A stretch of DNA of 64,000 nt from Lingula anatina (Eukaryota > Animalia > Brachiopoda). A program made the position numbers and the translations under genes. Positions 23,036-37,425 of this stretch are shown one piece after another. The DNA is taken from contig CM120647.1 of assembly GCA_051362555.1 (NCBI GenBank), positions 7,750,001-7,814,000 of the forward strand, read 5' to 3'. How positions within the stretch are numbered: position 1 is the first letter of the stretch; each line of letters starts with the position of its first letter. The notes under the pieces were generated by a model. The model worked only from the letters and a program-made list of their open reading frames with translations. It did no database searches and was not told the DNA's origin.

Positions 23036-24656
23036 GAATGGGAAAGATGCATTGGACTTGGTTTGGTAAGTGGCAAAATTTGATGTAAGACCACATGAAA
23101 AATGTTGAAACAAAATACAAAATTTTTCAATGCTAAAAATCGCCTTTACTAACTCTTGCTCATTTGTGTTTACCTGTACAGTGCATTCTGCAGTATTAGA
23201 AAATTAAAGTTATGCTGCACACTGATATCATTATCTCTGGCTTTCAACTCACCTCTTAATAGATACTCCTTATTCACTTTTAGGCTATAATCACAAGAAT
23301 GGCCGCCAACGCTAACGTAGACTGAAACATTCTTACCCGCTGTGACAAACTCAGACTCCTAAACGCAAAACAAAAACGGACAATGATATGAATTTGAGTT
23401 ACAAGTAACTATAAAGAATGAAAATAAACAGTTCACATGGAATGACATGAAAGGCTACTAAATCAAAACATAAAATGAAATAAATCCCAGCATTTTTTCA
23501 CAACTTTCATTAGATAAAGCTGTTTTTTATATCCGTTTCATTCGTATTTTTTCCAATCAACTGTAATTGTAACGGTTTATATATACAAATACAGTTAAAT
23601 TTTGTCACTCTCTCTACACAAAGTTATCATTATTTTCTTAGAGAATGCTCACATATTGTACAATTTACCTTAAAGACGTCGAGAACTTGGACAGTATATT
23701 CCAGATTGGATCCCGGAAGCGGAAGTGGGTATCCAATTCCAGCTTCCAGTTTGACGTGTCTTTTAGAGCTGACAACATAGCCTCTGATAACTGAAAAAAA
23801 CATCATTGCTCATTATAGAATATCAATAATATCAATTAAAACGGTAGAGACTTAAAAAACGGAGAAAAAAATAGTGCAATAGCCTACATAAACGATAACG
23901 TACCGTTTTAATCATCGTTAACAAATTATTTTACAATTAAAAACAATGTGCTATCGCATGTTGTCAAGTACCCATATCTTGTTTATATTTAGTAATATCG
24001 ACATCAGCCCCAATTCTCATAAAAAAAACTTAAGTCAGTTAATTTAACACTGTTCCTTTTAGGGTAAGATGTGAGCATGTGACCGTGTAACGTTTGTAAC
24101 AAAGACGTTAGGCACTTAAACTGACTTTTTTCTAAATTGGAGTTAGGCACTTTCATTTGAGAAGTTGAATCGTTTTTAAGTTCTGAAGTGGGAAAGATGA
24201 GAAGCTTCAAGAGAAAATATGACTTTGAAACACAAACTTATATAGTATAATATATATAATTTAGATTACATACTATAGTATATAGGGGCCTAGTATATAA
24301 TCTAAAATGGATATTACCGATGTCAGGGTTGTTGCGACAAAACCAGTCGTCCAATTGGCCCCACTTGGGTTTAGGGGTGGTGGGAACAGACCCAGGCTTG
24401 ATGAATTCAAGTTTGGGCGCTACCATCTTGATGGGTACGCAGGAACAGGCCGATCCCGGCTGGGCCAACCATCCTAGAAATAACGTCAGAGTGGTAAATA
24501 ATAGTATTATTTATATTTTTATACCACATTCCATTAGAATGATCTTCAATGCACTTTACAATTATATCATATAAATTCTTAATTATAATACTAAATTGGC
24601 GCAAACGTAGTCTACACATTTTGGGGTTAACAAAATTACGAGAGAGAAGGAAGGAG

Positions 24657-25022
24657 AAAATAAACAATGAGAAAAAGGATTGAGACATAGTACGCAATTA
24701 CACTGTACACAGAAAAATAGAGAAGGAAGTGCAAAAAAAATAATAAAAATAAAATAAACAATGAGAAAAAGGATTGAGACATAGTACGCAATTACACTGT
24801 ACACAGAAAAATAGAAGGAAGTGCAAAAAAAAAAAATAAATAAATAAACAATGAGAAAAAGGATTGAGACATAGTACGCAATTACACTGTACACAGAAAA
24901 ATAGAAGGAAGTGCAAAAAAAAGAAATAAATAAATAAACAATGAGAAAAAGGATTGAGACATAGTACGCAATTACACTGTACACAGAAAAATAGAGAAGG
25001 AAGTGCAAAAAAAAAAAAAAAA
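24657..25022. repeat. Minisatellite, 4 near-identical ~90-bp units
   Basis: Unit AATAAACAATGAGAAAAAGGATTGAGACATAGTACGCAATTACACTGTACACAGAAAAATAG(AG)AAGGAAGTGC(A)n starting ~24657, 24751, 24841 and 24931. Confidence 0.95.
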
Positions 25023-26077
25023 CTCGCACAGCGAAAAAACTAGAGAGAAACTATTACGCAAAGAAGTATATTGTTGACAGAAGATTGTGGTTGACTCTAT
25101 AGCTTACCCAAGAGAACCTGCATACCCAGAACAGCGAATGTCATATATGTCATTGCCATATCTTGTGTCTGTGGTGAATTGAACGAAACTGAAATGCAAG
25201 TTACAAGACTGTTAAGTGAAAAGAAAAGGGAAGATGGATGAGTGTACCAGAGAACGAGAGAGCGAGATTTAATTGTCTTAGTTGATCAAAATCGAGAGAA
25301 CATTTTTTTTTTTCGGAGAAAGAAATATCTAATTATCATAGTCGATGAAAATTAAGAAAACAAGTGTTTTTGATCAGAGAGAGAGAGAGAGAGGGAGAGA
25401 GAGAGAGAGAGAATCACAAATACTCTAAATAATTATTTACCTGTTTCTTTTTGTGCTTCCTTCCACAAAATTCCAGCTCTTTTTACAATGCTTCTAAAAA
25501 TCCACGAGCAACCTTTGTCGGTATAAAAACAATGCCTACAACTTAACTGAAAACTTGCATATACATATATAGCTACTGCTACGCCGCACCTTGTAAACGT
25601 TAATCTTGCTTTGTGACAAGAAGTCACGATTTGTACAACACGGTCACGATTTCAACTTGTGGGCGACTTGTTTTTGTTTCCTTTAAAGAGAGCTATTAAT
25701 AACCTCGCTCTCTTCCTTGCGCAAATGTCTTCATAAACCATTCTATTAATAGCACAGCATAATTTATCGAGATGAGGTAGGATGCTAAAGTGTCATGAAC
25801 AGCATAGATACGCTGCTGTGACGGGCATATTAGAGGTACTCAATTACAGATGCCCTCTGTGTTGACGTTGCTGGTGACGTCATTTCTATGCAAAAACCCT
25901 CGCTGGTCACAGCGAAGAAATGTACACATATTTAGCCGATGGAATATTTGGGGAAATATTTTTGTTGCCCTTGTAAAGGGCATGTGAAAGTGAAATTATG
26001 CACTAGAAATTTGATGGAGTTAAGGTTCGGTTGACGAATGTATAGGGAAAATCTTTCCTCAGCTTTATTTTAATGTC

Positions 26078-26360
26078 ATTTTTTAATTCCAATGGTTGCG
26101 TGTTAACGAGGCATTACCCTTAAAGCTAGGATAGAAGATTACCTTGGATTCTTCCTCCAAGTTAAATCAAGACTGAATGTTTTATTGCATCCCCACCTTT
26201 GTCACGTTGTTGATGTTATTATAATATTTTTAATTTCCGTAGTTACGTGTTAACGACGCATTACCCTTGAAGCTAGGATAGAAGATTACCTTGGATAATA
26301 CCTTTAGTTTAACCACGGCTGATTTTTTATTGCAGCATTACCTTTATCACGGAGTAGATG
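26078..26360. repeat. ~148-bp diverged tandem duplication
   Basis: cgtgttaacga.gcattaccctt.aagctaggatagaagattaccttggat at ~26100 and ~26246. Confidence 0.8.
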
Positions 26361-27621
26361 CTAACAGCCTAAAAATAACAATGGGCGAATTTTAACTAAT
26401 AATTTGAGGATAGGTCCCCTTGTTGATCTTGTTTGTAATCCATGGTTTAATTAAACAATTAATTAATAATGGAATTGAGCTGGCTTGACACAAGACTTGA
26501 GAGCTTTTTTTTCTATTTTTGTTTCCATACATACCTGTATATATTTCCATATGCGATCATTATTTATTATGGCACCAAAAGAAAGGAATGGTTATAAAGA
26601 AAGACAACATGGATGGCGTCCCGCTCTGATTAAGGGAGACTAAAAAACGAATTCGAAAAGAATTGTCTTGAAGTTGTATGGTCCGCTAAATTTATAGGTA
26701 AGCAAAATGTGCATATATGCTACATCATGGCAGAACATCTATTTACAATTACGTAATTTGAATGGGTGTGATTTTAAATCAGAAATAACACTTTCGCTCC
26801 TTTCATTAACTCCAAATTCATCAGAATGCACATAACTCTGATAATTTATGACTGAAAATTTCATTGATATGCGAAATTGGTAATATTTAAAGTTTTCAGC
26901 TCACGACAAAGTAAACCCCCCACCCCACCCCACCCCACCCCCACCCCCCCATTTGGCACTATTTAATGTGATGAGGAACGCGGGTGGTTTACTACTTGTT
27001 TTTCGCTGTCATGGCTAACAATGCATCTTGCGTTCACAGCATAACAACAATACAAACATACATACAAACAAACAAATAAGTAAATAAGTAAATAAAGGAA
27101 AGGAAGGAACGTATTGTCCATTCTTTTTTTTAACAAATAGCAATTTAAATGTTTTCTTTTACTGTTGAATCCGGTATTTTATATTAGAAAACGGAAAAAG
27201 GCTTGACCCCTTTGACGAACTCTCCATTTTTTCCCTAGAATGATGGTTCGAAGTTCGACGTCTCAGATATTAAACACTCAATCCAATGGCAAACAGGAAA
27301 TAGGCCGGATGCCCAGCATGTACAGCTTCTTGCTTTGTTGAAAAACTTCCACATTTCCATGTACACAGTTGTATATTAAGCCGGTAATGGACTGCTCTTA
27401 TGTCGTCCACTATCATGTATCAAATGCATGTATTTGAAATATGCTGAATAGTTTCCACGTTTGTTTTTCAGAAAATTCTCAGTCGTGAACACAGTTTGTA
27501 TTTTGCCGCTAGTGTTTCTCTCTGAGCCCCTGCACGCGCAAGAAGACCCCGACCAGCACGACACAGAGAACGTCTGATAATGAAATAAATATAACCTTAA
27601 TGCACTAAAATTACAGATTTA

Positions 27622-28113
27622 TCATTTTGAACTGTTTAATGGTATATGTTCTGAGTTGTCTGTAGATCTATTACGTAGTTTCCGGTTCCGGAGAAGAATA
27701 GTGATGCCGTACCCCGTGCCAGCCAAAAGGAACACCCCAAGGTTCAGGTGGTAAACCAAATGATATGATCCCGTGAGGTCATATATAAAACCTGGAATAA
27801 TAAAAATAGTAAAAAGGGAACCTAGAATATAAAGCAGTGTATTAACTTAAGCTACCAATTAATGTGGCGTGTTATACAGTTATGAGATAAAAGAATTTTA
27901 AAAAATGATGAATAGTAAATAACAATGTTAAAATGATAATGAAATAAGTGGTAGAAGTTTCCGCACACACCTTAAGCACTTAATTATGCTATTTTCATTG
28001 TCCATTTTTCATTCATCTTTAACAGCGAGCAATATAATTATTTATTTATTAACTTTGTTTTATTTGTTTATTATTCAACTATTAATTCATTTACTTATGT
28101 ATTTCCACCTATT

Positions 28114-28156
<43 letters not shown>

Positions 28157-28409
28157 TTTGTTTGCTAGTTTGTCTGCTTGTTTGTTTTTCTGTGTACCTT
28201 ACCTGACAATCCTAAGCCAACAATAACCCCTATACCGTTCCCAACGCGACTAAATGAGAAGATCTCATGGGCATACCAGCCGTCCAGTACCTCACTGCTT
28301 GATGCGAAAATACCGGCAGACATCAAACCTGCCGTAAAACCAGCCACTGAAACAAAAATGTAAATAAATAAATAAACAAACAAAAAACAAATAGAAACAA
28401 ACAAGCAAA

Positions 28410-28452
<43 letters not shown>

Positions 28453-31420
28453 ATGGAATAGATAAAATTAATTTTTAATTGATTAATTATATTGTGTTAT
28501 ATTATATTATTCATAACCAGATAAATAGTTTGTTATGCTGAATAGCTATTTTACCATCGAATGCATGAAGTCAAATATCCGGCCCCCAGCCTAACCCCAT
28601 CCCCACCCCACCCCAGCCAAAACCCAAACTCGACTCCCTTATGAATACCGCGGGAATTTCACAAATCTGTTCAAATATGCCTCGTGGCCTACCCAGGGCG
28701 AAAATCACCATCTGGTAATACTGCACGGCAAACCCAGCGGCAAAGTTCTCCAATCCAAGCAGCACGCTGCAGACGATGTTGACGTACATGATTCGTCCCT
28801 TAAATAACTTGTCACCCAGTAAAGAGGTGAAGAGACGACCGCAAAGGTCAGCCGTTGAGTAGATTGTGACCACAGCAGCAGCCGACATGCTTGCCACTCC
28901 GAGGTTTTGTAAGTGCTTCACCTAAAAAACGAAGCACAAGAATTTAATTTATACTTAAGTACTCAGTGTCGAAGAAATAATCTGTTGATCTTGGTAGTAG
29001 GGTAATGTCGTCATTGCGACGTCATCTCGCCATTCTGACGTCACGACCTTGACGAAATTACGTCATCTGGTATGAATATAGTCGACAACTATTAGACAGA
29101 CGACTGAAATTTTATTCTGAAATGAAATCGCAAACTTTCAATGACAGTTCTGTGTCACTAGAAATAATAGAAGTGGTATTCTACTATTACTTCTTCTACT
29201 ACTTCTACTTTCACTACTTCTTTGATGAACAACTCATTGTTACTGCTGCCACTCTGTCTGTTCCATGTAAAAATACTTTTAAAAAAATTCACTTACTAAA
29301 ATAAACACTGGGGTAAATAGCGCCATGGATCTCAGTCCCATACTTAACACATACACACTTCCACTGACTAGCACCAGCAAAATTGGAGGGTTGGCCAAAG
29401 GCTCAACAGCACCACTACTTGAATCATCTTCGTTCGAACTTTGCCCATCTCCGCTAGATGGAGCCTCCTGCTGGGCCACTTTTTGTTCGCCATTCTCCCG
29501 AAAGGTGGCCATAGCTGACATGCCCACAACGAATGTCAGGATAGAGATAAATGCGTAGGTATTTCGCCACCCAATACTGTGGATAAGAGCTTGTGTGCAT
29601 GGGTTGAATATAAGTGAACCTGGAAATATTGTAGACCAGCATGATATGAAGTGTGGCAGGCCCGTAGCCAGGGGGGGTTCGGGGGGTTCAAAAGAACCAC
29701 CCTTTTTGCTGGGAAAAGGTCCACTCTGGGTAAAATTTGACCTATGTACTTGAGGATTTTATGGTAAAAGGTCCACTTTTTCAGAAAACGACACCCCCCC
29801 CCCTCTCAAATTGCCGGCTACGGGCCTGTGTGGGGTGCATACATGTAGGCAGGTTATTTAATAGACAATTTAAATTGCAGTGTTTATTCCACACCAAACT
29901 AAAAAAACTGCGTTTTTATCTACACACTTTAAACGTAAGGGGGGGAGGGGGGGTTAGGGCACATAGTTAATTGTATGGCAATTTTCATTTTAGTATACAT
30001 ACCCAAACTGAATGACAGAGTCGGCAAGCTGGACGTCAGCACATAATACTTGTGGTCCTTCGTAAAGTACTCAGACAACAGAAACCACGGGGGGTTGTTG
30101 GCCAGCAACGTCCCGCACCCAACCATGATACCATACGTCATAAACATCTCCTCAGGATGGTCCACCGTGCCGGTGAGGGCTGTCCCAAGGGAAATGGCGG
30201 AGACGCCGATGAAGACGGTCTTCCGGGCCCCGAAGCAGCGTTTCATGACCAGGGCTAGCGGCGTCCCGATGCTGGTGATGCCGTACGCCGTAGCGCCTAT
30301 GGTGTCTACAGTAAAATATAACAGAATAGGATAGAGTAGAACAAAACAAAACAAAACAGAATATAATAGAATAGAGTGGAATGGGGTGAATAAGATTAGA
30401 ATAGATAGAACGGAGTATACCAGAACAGAATAGAATAGAATAGAATAAAGTGAATGAATTAGACTGGAATGAAATATATTAGAGCAAAAACACAGAATAG
30501 AGTTGAATAGAATATTTCTTATTCATACAGAGAATGAGTTGGCATTTCCTGTGGTCTTTCAATGAAATGTCCAATATCTATATTAAAAAGGTGTTTTCAG
30601 GCGAAAAGTAAAGGAATAATGTAACAAAATTTTACCATACTCATTACAAACCTGCATTTCTTTTCTTTTTGATTTTTTTTTTTTTTTTATGTTTAATAAC
30701 TTTGGCCGTGGTTAAATAGGCCACTTAGGTATATAAAAATGATAAAGCAAAAGATAGAGAATACCCAGACAGCTTTTTATGCAAGAAAAATACAAAATGA
30801 AAATAAATTTAAAAAATTTACAAACAGCTTGTAACAATTAAAGGGATAATAACTCTTCGTTTTGGCCAAAAAATGATTTTTCCTGGAGTAAACAACAATT
30901 TCCCATACTAACCAATGGTTAATGAATGCATTTCTACATTCAAAGTTAGTCCCTGTTTTTTTTTGTTTTTTTTTTCTAAAAAGTTTGCTTTTTTGTTGAA
31001 ATTTCTTAAGAGATTATAACAGAGTAAAGCCATCAATGGAGGTCACGTGATCTAAAGACAAGCTCAGATATCAAAATAATAGCTATAACTGCCGTTTTGT
31101 GGTACAACAGAATATATTTAATTTCTATGAGTTGTTTACAATGTTTTTATTGTGAAATATAGATCTCATACGAAGAGTTATTATCCCTTTAAGCGATTAA
31201 TGTCATTCTAAATGCTCATGGTTGACTTAAATTGTACGAAATAAGAAGATAAAGAAGAAAATTTACCTAGAAAAGCCATCTTGGAAGTAGGAAACAATGC
31301 TTTGAAAATACCAAGAAACTCTCCGAATGACGTCACGATTCCGTTGTTCACGGTACGCATTACGACAGCGCTGATCAAGATGACCCAGCCCCAAGAGGCC
31401 ACTTCGACACATCGGCCCAT
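27622..31420 (-). CDS. Monocarboxylate transporter (SLC16/MCT)-like MFS permease
   Basis: Six phase-consistent exons: 31420-31267, 30305-30003, 29619-29297, 28921-28693, 28346-28203, 27791-27622. Motifs SWGWVI (TM1), FGARK, TYGIMVGCG, YF, IGWRNTY, DLCGRL, GFIYDLTGSY; about 12 TMs. Confidence 0.9.
29657..29828. mobile_element. hAT-like MITE in MCT intron
   Basis: TIRs CAGGCCCGTAGCC / GGCTACGGGCCTG; TSD TGTGG. Confidence 0.85.
30842..31188. mobile_element. Kolobok-like MITE in MCT intron
   Basis: 19-bp perfect TIR AGGGATAATAACTCTTCGT with TTAA on both flanks (30838-41, 31189-92). Confidence 0.8.
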
Positions 31421-31770
31421 GTTTGGGAGCGTCTCTCAAGGAGCGCCACCTATTTTATCTGTAATTGAATAAAGAACTTATGTAATATTAAAATTAGTTG
31501 CATGAAACATCTCACTGATAGGGTGTCCTAGTAGACTTTTAATCGATAAAGCGACAATGATGGTGATGGTTCGCTACAAAAAATTGGAAGCTAATATGGG
31601 TACATGTAGATAAGAAATAACGTCATCTTGAAAGAGGCACTCCAAGCCACATATTAATGACCCTACCTACATGTAGTAACAACGAGTTCTACGGTATAGT
31701 CTGTGTGATACATGTAGGACGAACGATTCCTGCGATGCTTTTAACATATAGTAATTTTCAAAATCAATTT

Positions 31771-32010
31771 CACACACTGGACAATAGAAGTGTCACCCCT
31801 CTGAATCAGAGTAATTAAAGTTATTAACCTGAAGAGGCGGAATATAAGCAATGTCAGAATATCGATACAGTTGAATTGTTCAGTCAGAAGCGTTTCTTTT
31901 GTGAAATTTGATGTTAATAAAATGATACCAGGAACATACCATTCCACAGTCATTTATCTCCCCCAATGTATTGGTTCAGTAGGGGTGACACTTCTATTGT
32001 TCAGTGTGTG
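31771..32010. mobile_element. MITE with ~30-bp TIRs (CACTG termini)
   Basis: CACACACTGGACAATAGAAGTGTCACCCCT / AGGGGTGACACTTCTATTGTTCAGTGTGTG. Confidence 0.75.
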
Positions 32011-32330
32011 TAGCAAAGTTCAAACCTGAATAGAAAACGCGATTCGGTTCACTACCGAGCAACGTACAACTTTTGAAACAAGAACATGCTTATTGATAGC
32101 TCTGTCCTTGATTAACACATACCCATACCAAACCAAGCATTCAATTGTGTTTTTCTAGCGGATCCATTATAAAGCACATTTAATTACAAAACTCTGAGGA
32201 TATATTATATAGGCCTACTTTTATCAGTCTCGTGATCTAGCCTGGCATGAGATCTAGCTCATGACAGGAAATTAACTTCATTTTACTAAGATCACTCACT
32301 TGGCAGCAATTAATATGGCATTATAATCGG

Positions 32331-32548
32331 TATCTCCGCCGTGGAGGTCATATTTTGCCTTTGTTGACATGCTAGGTAACGTCTAACTCAAAAACGTTGA
32401 GACGTATTTTTATAAAATTTTCAGGATAGGTCGGACATGGGTTAACGTAGATTCCACATTTTAATGATGATCCATTCATTAATCTATAAAAGATAATGAC
32501 GACTGAGATGTCTAGGTGGAGGTCTGCGCACTCCAAGTGCTTTTATAG
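32331..32548 (+). mobile_element. Helentron-like non-autonomous element (HINE/DINE-1-like)
   Basis: 5' CTCCGCC..GGAGGT hairpin, 3' GGTGGAGGT followed by a GCGCACT..AGTGC hairpin; homologous to 44932-45196. Confidence 0.55.
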
Positions 32549-35060
32549 TAACGCTGCTCTAGTTTTCTAGTAGGAAATTACTAAAGGTGAAACGTCCGGA
32601 TGAGGACACTCCAGTTTTAATCAGATCAGCAGCAATATGACTGTACGCTCTTTTCCAATCAGAAGCGATAATGTGAATTGTGCAGGGGAGGATTAAAATA
32701 ATAATAATAATAATAATAATGAATTTACTTAGCACTAAATGCTACAATTGGCAGGGCCTATTCTGTAAAGTAAACAATTAATAATAATAATAATAATAAT
32801 AAGTTTATTGAGCACTAAATGGTATGAATACATTTGCAGGCTCTCTAGACTACATTATTTACACAATATATAAATACATATAAATATATTAACAATTTAT
32901 ACATCAGTTACCCCCGAATCAAACTATCAAGGCAATTAACACTACAGGTATGCAGAGACGCAGGTCACCAAGTTATCTCTGACAATAACTCTGATAAATT
33001 TGGATGTTTTTTTAACAAATGTGGTACTGCGGTGCGTGAAAATCAACAGTTTTGAGGAGCATGCTGTATTTAACTCAGAGTGTAGCAGTAGTAGTGGTAG
33101 GTAATGAATTCTGTGTATATCGACGTTCCTCCAACAGCTGTTATTTACGCGTACTAGGATGTGATGCTGCTTTGCGTTATTACGTTAACAATCTCCTATG
33201 CCCACAGAAAAGTTAAAAAGGAATATTGCTATCCTTTGACTTACGTGTAGCTATAGATGAAAAAAACGGGCGTTAGATATTTATAAGGCAAAAAAACCCT
33301 CAAATTATTCACCTTGAGAAAATTGCTTCTATAAACCTGTGTTTGAGTTCCATGCTGTGTTTTCAGTTTTACCACCACGAGTAAAATTCAGCAGTCTCCA
33401 CCTCTATTACGAGAGGTGTGGAAAATTGTGGAAACCAAGAACTCGAAAATGGGATTTAAATACGGTGTAATTGGGCGATTGAAGGGAAGGCGATGAAACA
33501 TCCAGGGAAATTGATGCTCTCGCCTGTAAATGTCTTACGCTCACCGAGTGCATTTATCGTAGTTCAGTCCCCTAGGGCCAAAGACAACCATTCAGTAGGG
33601 TGTTTGTATTCCTAAGTTCATCAACCTTATTTGACTTAATTGAGTTAAACTGCAATGCGAGGTGTGTCGTTTAATGATTATTGGGAGCCACGGAGCATCT
33701 GGACAATTTGGTTTTGACTGAAATTGGATTGAATTAGCTAGCATTAGTCATATCGGGGCTGTGAATTGACTGTGTACCCTGCAATAATTATTCATAGCCA
33801 GGGCCCTTCATATTATCCAGAGTACCCAGTAGGTCGTGACGGGTCCTTGGTCCCAGATACTTCATGAACTGTAGCGTAACTTGCGCGTGCACGCATGAAC
33901 TGATTAACACACGCATGCATGCATAAACATATCTTTTTACAATTCGCTGGTATTGTGCGAGTCTTCGGGCAGCCGATCGTATTTCTGTGGATTTTTTTTT
34001 TCTTTTTGTTAGGTGGATTCAGTCATATTACATATTATAACGCCATTGTATGCTTTACCTCTGCCAGTCTGTCTAAATCATGAATGCCTGCATTGTTGAT
34101 GGAATTGGATCTACTTAAGGAGGGATTCGGATAATACAGGTCGTGTGACCTGGCTTTTTTGTAGACCAACCGCGATTTAATTCCCACAGTCAACGTCCCC
34201 ACTTAGGGTCTGTTCTAGAAAATATATTCAAGGTAAAATATATGTGGGAGTTGAAAATGAGACAATTTCAAAGCGTGGTGTGGTTTCGCTTACGGCTTGT
34301 AATAATTTTCGCAAAAGTGACTTATACTCTAAATTCTTAATCCCATCATTATCCCCAAAACAGCGGTCACAGCAGTTATTTTGGAATCTATCTAGCTATC
34401 TATCTATCTATATGTAGGTTCTAAACAGCAAACTGTGTTTGCCATCAGATCATGTGGGCCTAAAAAGATGGCTATACCTCCCTTATATAATCTCTAAAGA
34501 GATTATTACAAAAAAGTTTTTGATTAAAAAAAACATGGATTCATAAATCATTGGCAAATCGTCGTTTACCCCATGAAATTCCCTTTTATTATCAAAACGA
34601 ACATTTGTTGCCAATTAAAAAGTTTACTGATCTACCAGGGTGTTTTTTGCCTTAAATTAATTTCACTACGACTATGTAGATCTATAACTACAATAATGAA
34701 AATAAAAATAACGTGGAGAATATGGACATTGACGGTTTGTTGGTTTTGAACTATAAATGCCTATGTTACACCTACCTTTTGTGGCGCCCTAAAGGTTAGT
34801 ATAACAGAGAAGAAAATGATGTCTCAATCGCCATTTCCAACAATAGGTTTTGGCTGAGCTCTAAAGAAAAAGGTGAACGACTGGGAAGGACCTTTGCCTC
34901 AGGAAAAAAATTGCAATGGAGGTGCAGAAATAATGTACACAAACTTGACGCTTTTTAAACGTATAAAATATGTGGGGACGGTAGGACTGAAAATTGTGGT
35001 GTTTGCACTGCTAAGTAAATAAACTCAGCTGAGTGCCTGAATAAGTTCAACAATATTATA

Positions 35061-35330
35061 CATTGCGGATTTAGGGGGGGGGGAGTGTCAGGGGGGTCCT
35101 GACCGACTCCCCTCCCCCTTCGGTTTCTGGAAGAAAATCACACAATATCCCCCTGTTCCTATTAGAATTTTGAGGAGCTGAGTCATAGTTCTAAACTGCA
35201 CCAAATGGCACAGAAGTTCTCCAAAACACCGAACCCCACACCAAAGGGTCAAGGGTCGGCTTCGTATCCGAGGCCAGTCATTCTTAAAAAACTGGACCCC
35301 CCCCTTCAAATAATCCTGGATTCGCCCCTG
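35061..35330. mobile_element. hAT-like MITE (GGCGGAT-type terminus)
   Basis: Termini CATTGCGGATTTAGG / CCTGGATTCGCCCCTG; interior shared with 60135-60386. Confidence 0.65.
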
Positions 35331-37253
35331 TCATAAGACTGCTAACATGACTTGCATTTTTGTGAACCCGCGTGTAAGAGAAAGTAAATCTAACGACCAC
35401 GCCTTAAAATTCTGGCGTGTTTATAAACAGCAGTGCCATTATAATAATATTAATAATAATATTTGCATCTCATGTTTGAAAATAAACCCGGCCATAATAA
35501 AGGTTACGAGAGACTGAAACATGTGAAAGTACAACTGAAATTCACAAAAAGTTCTTTGATGTAAGTTACTGATCAGTTAAACAAATAAAAAAGAGGGTTT
35601 ATATAAAAGCTTTTCAATCCCCCTCTTCTGTATTAAATTCACTTCTTCTAAACATCATAACGTGTACCATTTGCTGTCTTTAGTTGCATCATTTTGCGAG
35701 GGAAATATAGACTTTTCAGTGTCATTAAATACATTAAAATTTTTAAAACAGAATATCAAAGTTATAAGGTCTTCTCAAATGTCTCTACATTATAATTAAT
35801 CAAAAATTGTTCCTCGCCCTCTACTTCATTGGGTTTACATTGTATGCATGATACATAAATGCTCATACAACGGTGTATTAGATTAACTCCCAGTTTGTAT
35901 GTGTACTCTGTCTATATTTTTATGCATCTCTCTCTCTCTCTCTCTCTGTCTGTCTGTCTGTCTGTTTATCCATGTAGGTTTTAAACAACAAATTGCTACT
36001 CCAATATATAAAGTAATGTACCTTACCTCGGCGTCAGAAAGTTCCCAAGACGAGTGGCCGCTTGCTTTAAGACCAAGTACCAAAATGGCACAGCATGAGA
36101 CAAAAATATTGCCACCCAGACCCGCAGCCGTGGTGGTTCAGCACGCTATGATATGATTACATGATCGACTCATCTCCAGTCGTATCAGCCGTATTGCAGC
36201 CACTGTTGCAGCGTCTTCGTTATTAAGCCTGTCTGTTAATGTAATATTCGATGCATGCGACGCAGGAGTGAGAGTTAAGTCTGAGCGCAAGAGTAATTGT
36301 GCATGTTATTTGTTATTTATGATCGAGACGTGATTGACAAGGTGAAAATAATTCCCTTTTTAGGGCTAGCGTAGGCAGGAGTGAATAACAAGCGGTTTGC
36401 TTTTGTTGTCCAATTGAAAGAGCTTCTTTGATTATGTATAGAACGCCGAAAGAGGGCGCGCAGGGAGGTGACCAAGGTCACGATAAAAGCTCAAGGGTAA
36501 ACCAGTTTGTCAGGTTTATCCCTTCTTACTTAAATGAACGAAAGACGATATTCTTCGAGCAAACTTTCAGCTGTCTTATTGTTCTCACATTTAGATAAGA
36601 AAATTGACATGAATTTAAACTGGAAGTGCAGTTTAAAGTGAATTATCACTAGGACTGCAGGGGTGGATCAAAGAAAGGGGGGGTCAACGATTTCTGGAAA
36701 CCGATCAGGATCATAAAAAAAAATTGCCACGCTTTCAGTAACTAACTAACTCTACCGACTGCCATATAGTTTTTGGTTAGGTCCAAAGCATGGCGTGATT
36801 TAAAAAAGCAGTTCAAGAAGCTCTATTGGGTACGTTTTTTTTCAGCATTTTATTTCATTTTATTTTTATAGGCCATGTCATTGAGAACTTGGCCTGTCCA
36901 CGGATGAACTAGAATTACATTAATATTCATTGTGATTTTCAGTACATTTAGAATAACAATAATACAAATTACTATCTGTTGTATTAAAAAAAAAACCAAA
37001 ACCTCAAACTGTTCTCAACATCTTCACTGCTGAATGTTGCACCCGTATTGCTACCAAACTACTGCTAATGCACTTTGATGTCTCCCCCATCCGCAGCGTA
37101 CCACAAACTTTCATAGTCCAATTCACAACAAAAAAAAATCAACAAAGAATATCGATTGTTCGAGATTTGGACAAACAAGGCCGCTTTTATAATATAACCC
37201 CACAATTGTAATCATTTAAACAATTAAAGCAATGTAACAAATTGTTGCCTGTT

Positions 37254-37425
37254 CCGGTGTAACTAAACTGAGGGTCCGTGTAACAGAAAGTCCGCCCTCC
37301 ATATAGTTATAATGGTTAGGGTTAGTCTGACCTACGTGGGTCAAAATATAGGGTGAGGCTCATCTGTGCAAACTATTGGGAAGCGGACTTTCTGTTATGG
37401 GGGACTGTCTGTCACGTTACACCGG
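37254..37425. mobile_element. MITE with CCGGTGTAAC TIRs and internal GGTTAGGGTTAG
   Basis: CCGGTGTAAC...AACAGAAAGTCCGC / GCGGACTTTCTGTTA...GTTACACCGG; truncated copy at ~51646-51735. Confidence 0.75.

Noticed and set aside
24583-25029. 148-aa hydrophobic ORF
   Set aside because: It is a translation of the 90-bp minisatellite.
37313-37325. Telomere-like GGTTAGGGTTAG (also near 51707)
   Set aside because: Only about two units and part of a MITE consensus, not an interstitial telomere.
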